Shown here piece by piece: positions 44,396 to 52,700 of a stretch of DNA of 64,000 nucleotides. Position 1 is the first letter of the stretch, and every line of letters begins with the position of its first letter. Under the pieces are notes generated by a model. The model did no database searches, was not told where the DNA came from, and saw nothing but the letters and a program-made list of their open reading frames with translations. The stretch covers positions 1 to 64,000 of IMG/VR virus record IMGVR_UViG_3300047462_000344; one strand, 5' to 3'. This DNA comes from a virus. The translations under genes and the position numbers were made by a program.

Positions 44396-44674
44396 ATGAC
44401 AACGGTAAACCTAAAACTTGAATGGCGTGAACGCCGTGGATACCGGAAAGGCGCCATCTGGCTGTATGCGGGTCCGCTCCTAGTTGCGCACATTATTGGG
44501 CGTTGCCAGAACGGGTGCTTCATAGGCTACCCCTTGGTGACATGCCTGGAGGAGAGTTGGCCCGCAGCGAAGATGAGGCTGAGGCGCGGCGTCTCATTGA
44601 GGCCCGCGTGGCAGAACTTTTGTCTGAGTCCCACTAACCCCAACCGGCCTGCTTCGGCGGGCGTCGCGGCGTAA
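44396..44674 (+). CDS. Hypothetical protein, possibly frame-disrupted near 44535
   Basis: 92-aa ORF. The C-terminal third looks non-coding. The -1 frame from ~44535 reads GDMPGGELARSEDEAEARRLIEARVAELLSESH and stops in junction repeat copy 5. Confidence 0.4.
   Translation: MTTVNLKLEWRERRGYRKGAIWLYAGPLLVAHIIGRCQNGCFIGYPLVTCLEESWPAAKMRLRRGVSLRPAWQNFCLSPTNPNRPASAGVAA
44629..44641 (+). repeat. Gene-junction repeat copy 5 (variant)
   Basis: TGAGTCCCACTAACCCC. Confidence 0.6.
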
Positions 44675-44712
44675 ATCGATCACTGCTCAGCAAAGGGACC
44701 GTGCCGGATTAG

Positions 44713-45288
44713 CTACCCGGTAGTAGAGGCGGAACTGGAGCAGGTCGCGGCGTCCTGCCAGGACAGCGCGGTGGTTTCATCGCCCTGGATGCGCCGATCC
44801 CAGCCACGCTGAAACAGGCTGGCGCTGGGCAGCGCGTCCACAAACTCTTTATGTGCGCAGGTCAGATTACAGATAAGTCCGCGCACGTCGTTCACGCCCT
44901 GCACCCGCCGTATCGTGTCGGGGTCCATCCGAAAATCCTCGGGCAGCGACAAAGCGCGCTTGAGCAAACGCGCCGCCCAGCCGGGACCCGACCCGAAACC
45001 AATCTCAAACAGAATGAGATCGACGCCCACGGGCATCTGGTCGCCATGCACAGGACCCCATATCCAGGCGTGGATGATGTCGGCCAACTCGCTCAATGGC
45101 GCGGCCTCAAAATCCGCCACGGTCGGCACGCCCATACCGTGCTGCTGGCGCCAGGCAGAGAAGCTGGAGAACAGCAGGCCCATGCGCGTGCCGCCGCCAG
45201 CATCCCCCATTGTGACGTGGTATGGCTGGCCGTCATTAGCAGGCTGCCAAGCCACGCCCAGGCAACGTTCGTAACCAGCTTCGCTCAT
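44713..45288 (-). CDS. Putative endolysin (GH108-like muramidase)
   Basis: 191 aa. ...GDAGGGTRMGL... and ...GPGWAARLLKRAL... resemble GH108-type lysins. AGGAG SD. Confidence 0.45.
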   Translation of the reverse strand: MSEAGYERCLGVAWQPANDGQPYHVTMGDAGGGTRMGLLFSSFSAWRQQHGMGVPTVADFEAAPLSELADIIHAWIWGPVHGDQMPVGVDLILFEIGFGSGPGWAARLLKRALSLPEDFRMDPDTIRRVQGVNDVRGLICNLTCAHKEFVDALPSASLFQRGWDRRIQGDETTALSWQDAATCSSSASTTG

Positions 45289-45314
45289 GTCGCGCTCCTA
45301 TTTCAAGAACATTG

Positions 45315-45596
45315 TTACACTGACCGTGCTTGCGGTCGTGATCGTGGTCGAATCAGCGTCATCATGGTGGTTAGGGTGTCGTCACGACCTGCGAAGCGAG
45401 CGTCCCCGTATTCCGGTGACAGTGCGCGTACGTGCGGCTGCTCCACATCTGGGGTAACCGCTATCTCGACCAGTTCGATATGGTCCAGTTCCCGACCCGC
45501 TATGGCCCGGTCTATGTCACTATCGGGCGCAGCACGCCCTGGCCAGATTCTTTCGATCCGATCGATAAAAACGGCCGGCCGGTCTCTACACTGCAT
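45315..45596 (-). CDS. Possible small gene upstream of the lysin (doubtful)
   Basis: ATG 45596, 93 aa, no motif. Contains a late-box copy near its 3' end. Confidence 0.25.
   Translation of the reverse strand: MQCRDRPAVFIDRIERIWPGRAAPDSDIDRAIAGRELDHIELVEIAVTPDVEQPHVRALSPEYGDARFAGRDDTLTTMMTLIRPRSRPQARSV
45376..45388 (-). promoter_or_regulatory. Late box copy (distal type, variant)
   Basis: Minus strand GTCGTGACGACAC + CCTAACCACC + ATGATG. 87 nt upstream of the lysin ATG 45288. Confidence 0.4.
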
Positions 45597-45634
45597 TCGT
45601 GATAGTATCTTGGGTTGGTATTCGGAGTAAGCGC

Positions 45635-46903
45635 ATGCCAAACACACCGCTGGTCCTATTCCTGCCGACTGGACGCAATCCGACTGGACGCAATCATCTA
45701 ATCCTGTTCGCCAAGGCGATCGTGCCGGGCGGCGCTGGGTCGGACCTATTCCCCGAGACGGTTGCGGTGAAGCCCTACGTGCGGGGCGGTAAGACGGTCC
45801 AGGGGCATACCCAGCACTACCAAAAAAAATCGGTTTCTGCCGATTTGCCTATTGCCAAACCAGTTCCAGTAGCCGATATTTCTTCTGTCGAGGCCCCCAT
45901 CACGGGCGCCCACCAGGAGAGTCCGAAAATGCCGCTATCATTGGCCGATTTGCGCGCCGCAAAACCCCTTATCACCAGAATTAGCGGGTTCGGCCATCCA
46001 ATCTCAGTGGCAATCGGGTTGGCTGACAACGGACGGACAACCTACGTCGTTAGCGGGTCCGGCAAAAACCCAACGCATTCGGACACCATATCTGAGTTGC
46101 CGGACCAATCCAAACTCGGAGTCTGGAAAAACCAAAGCGTTGTTGACGCTATGTCCGCTGGCTATACCCACTATGCTGGGGTGTTGCTGGGTGATTTTGT
46201 ACCGCTGACCACCGGCGAGGCCATAGACCTCAAATCGCAAATGGATGGCGCACAGACCATCGGAAAGCAGGTCGCGGAAGAATATCAAGCCAAAAAGTTG
46301 GCCGAGCAGGAAAAGGCGATCAAGGATAGCATTGTCGTGCAGCGCGTCGATAAAAAAGACGGTGGCCTTATTACTATTGGGGTAATCAAAGGCACAAACA
46401 GCACTAATGTGCCAGCGTTCCAGGTGCGCAAAAACGGCAAGCTTATCGGCGCAGGGACGCACATGTACGACATCGATACTTGCGCAAAACAAGCTTGGAC
46501 CAAAAATCTCGTTCCCGCACTCAAATCTGGTGGCTACACCTACGCTTTGATGCTCGACAAGGGTTGTGTTGGTATTACCACGGAAGAACATGACCGCCTT
46601 GCGCCCCGCATGAAAGAGGAACTCGAAAGGTTCCACAACGAACCAAAAAGACAGAAACTTAGCCTCTTTGAGAAAAGAAAGAGTCTCACGTCCGATCTAT
46701 CGGGATGGCGGGAATCTGCTTGGCGAGCGCACGATAAATACATCGCCGATGACATGTTGGGCAAACCGCCATACGATTACGCCAAAGAGATCGCCGAAGC
46801 GGAGTCTAAGCTTGCCGAATTCGACCGCGCTCATCCAAGTATCAAAGACGAAATGGCTGCCGAGAAATCGGAGGCGGCGCGGCGGCGCGCGTTATACGAT
46901 TAA
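45635..46903 (+). CDS. Hypothetical 422-aa protein with the shared ILFxKA N-terminal module; AT-richer than its surroundings
   Basis: ATG 45635, 9 nt after GGAG. ...HLILFAKAIVPGGAGSDLFPETVAVKPYVRGGKTVQGH.... 15-bp tandem duplication at 45665-45694 and an A8 run at 45822-45829. Confidence 0.65.
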   Translation: MPNTPLVLFLPTGRNPTGRNHLILFAKAIVPGGAGSDLFPETVAVKPYVRGGKTVQGHTQHYQKKSVSADLPIAKPVPVADISSVEAPITGAHQESPKMPLSLADLRAAKPLITRISGFGHPISVAIGLADNGRTTYVVSGSGKNPTHSDTISELPDQSKLGVWKNQSVVDAMSAGYTHYAGVLLGDFVPLTTGEAIDLKSQMDGAQTIGKQVAEEYQAKKLAEQEKAIKDSIVVQRVDKKDGGLITIGVIKGTNSTNVPAFQVRKNGKLIGAGTHMYDIDTCAKQAWTKNLVPALKSGGYTYALMLDKGCVGITTEEHDRLAPRMKEELERFHNEPKRQKLSLFEKRKSLTSDLSGWRESAWRAHDKYIADDMLGKPPYDYAKEIAEAESKLAEFDRAHPSIKDEMAAEKSEAARRRALYD

Positions 46904-46955
46904 CGCTTGTTACAATTTCCCTCAACCAGACGCCATCAGCATGGAGGTGCTTACA

Positions 46956-47660
46956 ATGTCCAATTTGACCACCACTATAGACTCGGCCGCGCGTGATGCG
47001 GCTTTCCTTGGCCACCGCCTGGACCGGATCGTCATATCGATGCCGCTCGACGGTGGACTACATGCCGCGCTCGCGCTTGGCTGGAGCGGTGATACGGGCT
47101 TCGAGGAGCGGCGTTACGGCCCGACGACCGTCAGTTCATGGTCCAAACCCGCGACGACAATCCGTGAGATTGGCCGCCCTGCGGAAGCGACCATTCTGGC
47201 ATGTGCGTGGCGGTTTGGTTCCCCGGATATCGCGCGGACGCAATTTAAGCCGCGGCCTGCGCACATGGACCCCCGCGCCCCATCGTCTGGGCTACCCGCC
47301 GCGTTCGGTGGTCAACCCAAGTACACTTTCGGAATCAATTCAGACGACCTCGTTCTCGACATCAACGACGGTCGCACCGACTGGATGATCGACGTGGCCG
47401 CGTCTCATGGCTATTTGTCGTATCATTTCCGGCCCGGCCGTGGCTGGTTATGTGGCGGGGAGTCCCGCACCGACAACGCCACGATCGATGAGGACGGGCA
47501 CCGCGCCAGGCCGATGCCAAACTGGGTCAAACCGCGCCCCATCGGTGTGGCTGATTGCGCGGATGCGCACACGCATGTGTGGGAATTTTCGAAAGGCAGC
47601 CGCCTGATCAGTTATGATCAGTGGGTAGCCAAATACCTGCGCCACCCCGTCGCTGCATAG
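46956..47660 (+). CDS. Hypothetical protein
   Basis: ATG 46956, 8 nt after GGAGG. 234 aa. Confidence 0.55.
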   Translation: MSNLTTTIDSAARDAAFLGHRLDRIVISMPLDGGLHAALALGWSGDTGFEERRYGPTTVSSWSKPATTIREIGRPAEATILACAWRFGSPDIARTQFKPRPAHMDPRAPSSGLPAAFGGQPKYTFGINSDDLVLDINDGRTDWMIDVAASHGYLSYHFRPGRGWLCGGESRTDNATIDEDGHRARPMPNWVKPRPIGVADCADAHTHVWEFSKGSRLISYDQWVAKYLRHPVAA

Positions 47661-47662
47661 CC

Positions 47663-48031
47663 ATGTCGGCCAGATACCCCAAGCATCGGCCGCAAACTGT
47701 TGCACGTATGGTCATTGACGGTGCCGACCTTGGCGCCGCCATGACCCCAAGCGACCTGTTTATTGAGCTGCGACTTATCGCGTCCCTCGAATCGACGGAG
47801 ATTATTGAGGCCATGCATGTCGGCGCCGATCGTGTCGAGAGTGACATGCGGGGCGCCCCACAATCCAGCCGACCGACCCTCTGGATGCTGACCCCAGCGG
47901 AACGAACGGCCGCGATTGATAATGCGCGTACCGTAACCGGGTCGCGCATCGACGCATGGCGCCGCCGCCACAGGCAGATGACGTGGCCGGAACTACGCAT
48001 CCTGCTGATCGGCCTGCGTGGCGTGATCTGA
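47663..48031 (+). CDS. Hypothetical protein
   Basis: ATG 47663, 2 nt after the upstream TAG. 122 aa. Confidence 0.5.
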   Translation: MSARYPKHRPQTVARMVIDGADLGAAMTPSDLFIELRLIASLESTEIIEAMHVGADRVESDMRGAPQSSRPTLWMLTPAERTAAIDNARTVTGSRIDAWRRRHRQMTWPELRILLIGLRGVI

Positions 48032-48127
48032 CGGCACCGTCGCACGCAACCACCATGCGACTATTGGGCTTGCGCGTCTTGCGCTAATGTCGTAATGATG
48101 CGTCACCGCGAATAGTAGGACACCGTA

Positions 48128-48295
48128 ATGACCATCGATCACATCACCCTGGAAGAAGTCCCGGAACCACGCCGGGCGGCAGTGCGGGTCACGGCCGTTG
48201 CGCGGGAACCCGCCATCATCCAGGTCATGGCCTGGCTGGCGCTGCCCATCGCGGTATTCGCGGCCACTATCATCGCGGCAGGGCTGTTCGGCTGA
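48128..48295 (+). CDS. 55-aa single-pass membrane protein
   Basis: ATG 48128 after AGGA. ...QVMAWLALPIAVFAATIIAAGLFG. Its TGA overlaps the next ATG (TGATG). Below the ORF-track cutoff. Confidence 0.4.
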   Translation: MTIDHITLEEVPEPRRAAVRVTAVAREPAIIQVMAWLALPIAVFAATIIAAGLFG

Positions 48296-48723
48296 TGCCC
48301 GCGCAGATCGGCATTCTGAACGTCGGCGCCGGCGATACCAAGCTGGTTTTCGACAAATCCAATCCCGCCGAATGCATCCGATCCGCCCGCATCGTGAAGG
48401 ACATGCTGCGTCGCGGCTATGCCCTGCTCATCGAGGTGGACGACGGGAAGGGCGGGAAAATCCACACCAGGGCGCGCGATTTCGACGAGGCCGTATGCGA
48501 ATACATCATCGCCGATTTCGACCCCGAAACCGCAGCGCAAGCTGACAAGGCTGAAAATGAGCGTCTCCAGCAAAAAGCGGCAGCAGAAAGCCCAGGCCAG
48601 GGAAATAGCGAAGAAAGCCCGCCAGAAGGGCCGGCCCCAAAACGAAAACGCTACATTCCAGAGAAGCGGGTCTCCGCACACAATGTCGGCGGGGTCGCGG
48701 TCGCGCGCAGCGCAGGCGGCTGA
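48295..48723 (+). CDS. Hypothetical protein
   Basis: 142 aa. Confidence 0.5.
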   Translation: MPAQIGILNVGAGDTKLVFDKSNPAECIRSARIVKDMLRRGYALLIEVDDGKGGKIHTRARDFDEAVCEYIIADFDPETAAQADKAENERLQQKAAAESPGQGNSEESPPEGPAPKRKRYIPEKRVSAHNVGGVAVARSAGG

Positions 48724-49435
48724 CTTCGACCCGATAGACCTGTTCGAGCGGTTCGATGGCTATGCGTCAGTACGCAATCTGTTGCGCGGCCTGGCTGATG
48801 AACGCGGCGAGTGGGCGGGATACCCGCTTCCCATGGACGGACACCGCCTCGTCGTAGAGCCGAGCTATCCCCGTGCCGCCGCGCTCATGTCGATCGGCGC
48901 TCCAACCCCGGCCGAGCAGGCTGAGGAGGGTAAGTATAAACTCCGCAACAAATTCTATTCCATGCACCGCCGCGCCGACATCCTGGTCTGGGAGGAGGAC
49001 GGCAAACTCGATTGGGGCATCAGCGGCAGTCCGGTGCAAACCGCCATGCTGCTCGACACGCTGGGTGCGTCAGACGCTTGGGGCATTGAGCAGGAATCCG
49101 CCGCAATTCACACGCTGGGCGGCATGGTGCGCCATCGCCAGTTCAAGCAATACATGCTCACCGGCATGTTCATGGAGCGCAGCCGGCGCAGCGGCATATC
49201 CTATCTGTTCCGCCGGCTCCGCCCCACCCTGGCCATATCGACGCGGGGCGAACGGACAAAGACCTTGTGCGCGCTCTGCTTGCATCCCATCGGCTACTAT
49301 GCAGGGTCATGGTCCGGCGCGATGTGCCCCACGGACGACGTCATCGCCCACCTCGCCCTGATGCGCGGCGACGAACACATGTTCTGGCGGCGGGCGAATC
49401 AGCACCCCGCTTGGCGGCCGGAAGCTGGGCTTTAG
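48683..49435 (+). CDS. Hypothetical protein
   Basis: First ATG of the plausible part is at 48683 (start uncertain). 250 aa. Its stop overlaps the convergent stop at 49432-49434. Confidence 0.5.
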   Translation: MSAGSRSRAAQAADFDPIDLFERFDGYASVRNLLRGLADERGEWAGYPLPMDGHRLVVEPSYPRAAALMSIGAPTPAEQAEEGKYKLRNKFYSMHRRADILVWEEDGKLDWGISGSPVQTAMLLDTLGASDAWGIEQESAAIHTLGGMVRHRQFKQYMLTGMFMERSRRSGISYLFRRLRPTLAISTRGERTKTLCALCLHPIGYYAGSWSGAMCPTDDVIAHLALMRGDEHMFWRRANQHPAWRPEAGL

Positions 49436-49779
49436 AAGCCAGCGTCCTCATCCACGATCCGCACCAGCTCGCCATCCGCGTTTTCCACGGCCTGGTCGGG
49501 GTGGGGGAAGGCCGCGTTCTGGTTGTACTCCTCCAGCGCGGCGCGCAGCGTGCCGTCCAGGCCGAGATGCGGGACCATGGCGGCGGTGACAGGATCATAA
49601 TAGGTGCCGAGCAGGGACAGGTTCGCGGCGGAATAGCCGGCCCGGCGCAGTAGCGCCTTCACCGGCCACCAGTAGATGCCGAACCGCTTGTAGTACTGCG
49701 GGTTGACCTGCAAATCCTGGACGATGTTGCGGAACACCGTGGCCGTGTCCAGCGGCGGCGGGGCGGCTTCGTCGCTCAT
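49432..49779 (-). CDS. Hypothetical protein coupled to the giant gene
   Basis: ATG 49779 in an ATGA overlap with the stop of the 2270-aa gene. 115 aa. Confidence 0.55.
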   Translation of the reverse strand: MSDEAAPPPLDTATVFRNIVQDLQVNPQYYKRFGIYWWPVKALLRRAGYSAANLSLLGTYYDPVTAAMVPHLGLDGTLRAALEEYNQNAAFPHPDQAVENADGELVRIVDEDAGF

Positions 49780-52700
49780 GCCGCCGCCTCTGCCGGCGCC
49801 GTATAGCCGTGTCCGCGCAACCACTCACCCACCGTTTTCCGACGGTCTATGTCGTCACCCACCAAATCTGGGTGCAGCGCGGCCTTGTATGTCCCATCTG
49901 GTGGGGCTGCCTCCTTCATCGGCATTCCCAGAACGCCAGCCCGCGCCGCCGCGGCGTGCAGTGCGGCGAGCACGGGTGGGGGCCAACGCTGATACGTCAT
50001 GGTCAGATTGGCGGTTGGCTGGGCCGCGCGCATTGCCGCGCCGAAATCTGGTGCGGCTGCAATGTTGTCCACCACGGCGGACTGCAATCTCTGCTCCGCT
50101 TCCTTCGCGCCGTCGGCGCCGAAGAAATGCCTGATTGGGTGCGCCCACTGATTCGCGGATTCTGAGTGACCTGAAAAACCCGGATATACACCATCCATGC
50201 CAGGCTTCCTGTAGCCCTTGCGACTCTGACTCAACGTGTTCGTCGAGACGAGCCGTCCCAACCCGTGACGCACATAAGCGTCCAACATCTTCTCGCGGTT
50301 CGCCGTCGTGGGCAGCATCAGATCATGGTCGCCCAACCTGTCGCGCACATCCCAGGAGTGATGGATTGATGCCGCACCGGATTCCTTATGAACCAGTGGC
50401 ACATGCGTCATGTAGCCGGCCGAGTGATCCAGAATCGCAGCCTTCATCCTGGCCTGAATATCCGGCTCGGCGGCTTCGACGACCGCCAGTGGCGCGTTGT
50501 GCAAATCCTGCCAAGTTTTCGCATTCGCAGCTTTCGCTGCAATCCCCTCCTCCGCCAGTTTCACCGCCGCGCCCCGCCGCGCAGCCTCCGCCTCTTTTCG
50601 CTCGGCGACGTATGCCGCCTCCGCCTCGTCGGAATGCTCGACAGGCTTCACGCCAGCCTTCATGTCGGCCAGGTCGAAATCCAGCGTGGTGTGGGGCGCC
50701 CCGAACATCCGCACCTTCAATGCCTGCTTCACCGGGTCGATACCGGTTACCACCCATTTCGTCGGGTCCGGCCCCCAATGCACGGGCCCGCCCGCCCCGC
50801 CGGCCAATTCGATACCCTGGCCCACTGCCCAGGGCTGCCCCGTGGTGGGGCAGAACAGCGCCGGCGTTTTCCCGTCGATCAGGTTCTTGCCCAGGAAATA
50901 CGGGTTGGCGCGCAATCCCACCTCGATGCGGCCGATATGCGCCTCCAGCCGGCGCTTCGTCTTGTCGGCCGCCGCTGAATAGCCACCCTCCCGCTTCGCG
51001 GCGTGCTCGGCGAGCTGCGCCAGGCTGCGCCGCATCTCCGCCATACGCTCGAATTCACGGACAGCCTTACCCCGCTCCTCCGCCGTCATCTTGAGCTCGG
51101 CGGCGGTCCGGTCCGCATCGAAGGCGGCGCGCGCCGCAACGGGATCCTTGGAGAGCATGATCATCTGCTCCTCCCGGCTCAACTTGGCGTCCGCGGCCTG
51201 ATTCTCGACCCGGTCGCCGCCGTTCCAGAGCAGGTCCGACCAGTCCTTTTTTCCCATGATGGTCTGGTAGCGAACGGCATCGAAAGAGCCGCGGGCCAGA
51301 TAGGTATGCACCCGGATCGAGGCTTTCTTGTTGCCCTGCCGCACCGCCCGGCCGTTGCGTTGCTGCAAGCCGCCCTGGTTCCAGGGCAGATCGAGATGGT
51401 GCAGGTCGGCGGTCCGTTTCTGGAGGTTCAGCCCTTCCTCCATCGCCGCCCCGCCGATAACGACATCAATGTCGCCCGCATTGAACCGCTCGCAAATCGC
51501 CTGCCGCGCGTCGCTGCTTTTGCAGGTATCGCCGTTGATGATGGCGATTCTGCCGCGCGGGATCCCGCGCGCCACGCACGCTGCCGCGATCTTTTCGTGC
51601 ACCGGCACGGTATCGCAGAAAACGACCTGCCCGCCCTCGGCCAAGCCAGCCTTCATCGCGTCGGCCGCCGCCTCGATCTTGGGCGACTTCGCCTTGGCGT
51701 GCCGGGGGTCGAGCAACCCCAGATCGATCGACGCCTTCCCCATGTCAGAAATGATGGAGAAGATATGATCCTCGCCGCCACCGTCTGAACCGGGCCGGCC
51801 GACCTGTTCAGCCCGCTTCCGCAACCCCTCGTAAACCGCTTCCTGCTCGGGCGACATGTCGATGACATGCTGCACATCGTTCCGATCGGGCAGTTTCAAC
51901 CCGACATCCTCGGCGGTTTTCCGATCGATGTAGCGGCGCATGATCTCGCGCAGCTCGCCCAGGTTCTTGAAGCCGGACGTGATGAGCTGCTCCTTGAACT
52001 CGCCGTTGGTGCCGTACACCTTGGCCAGTTCAAAGGTGCAGAACCGGTCCAGGAACGCCTCCGCATCCCGGATGCCGAGCTTCTCGAAGGCCTCCGGCGC
52101 GATGTGCGCCAGCATCGAATACACCTCCAGCGGGCTATTCTTGGTCGGTGTGGCCGTCAGCATGAACACGCCGCGGCCGTCATGCGCCTCCCGCAGCACC
52201 CGGGTTTTGTAGTAGGTATCGATGGCCCGGTTCGACTGGCCCGAACCGCCAAGAAACTTCGGCGACTCGCCAAACCGGTTCTTTGCAGAGAACAGATTTT
52301 TGTAGCAATTATGGACCAGGACGCCTTCGGCCAAGTAATTGTGGTGCGTCTCTACGCCGATATTATAGACGACGCCGCCGCGACACAGTCCGCCAAATGT
52401 TCCGTCACCCGTTGGTTCGAGAACCTCAACACGCGCCACCCCGACTGCCGCAAAAAATCCTCCTTCCGCTGGTCCTGGTCCCGCCGGATAGGTGATTGAT
52501 GCGACTTTCCGTCCACTTCGATTGCGATGCGCAAGGTCGGATGTGCCAGGTCGATCTTGTAGTGGTTCGGGCAGCCGGGCGCCTTCCTGGTCCGCACCAC
52601 AAATTCCGGTATCCAGAGAACCTCCGAATAGGTTCTTATAGACCACTTGTTCCGTCGTCAAATCACGCGCGTAAACGTAACCATCTGGCGTGAAGAAGGG

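Noticed and set aside
43098-44641. Reading the junction repeat as telomere-like (CCCTAA) or i-motif DNA
   Set aside because: Each site has only 1.5 telomere-type units and two C-tracts. The copies are hundreds of bp apart and strictly tied to stop/start junctions, so a gene-boundary role is more parsimonious.
49432-49435. Convergent genes whose stop codons overlap (TAA on minus, TAG on plus) with no terminator between them
   Set aside because: The overlap is real in the sequence. However, the start and reality of the last plus-strand gene are uncertain, and no functional inference can be drawn from the sequence alone.
52620-52640. YKNLF inside the intein as a duplicated extein junction (evidence of nested homing)
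   Set aside because: Only five residues match and the codons differ. This cannot be distinguished from chance without homologues. It is noted in the intein finding but not claimed.
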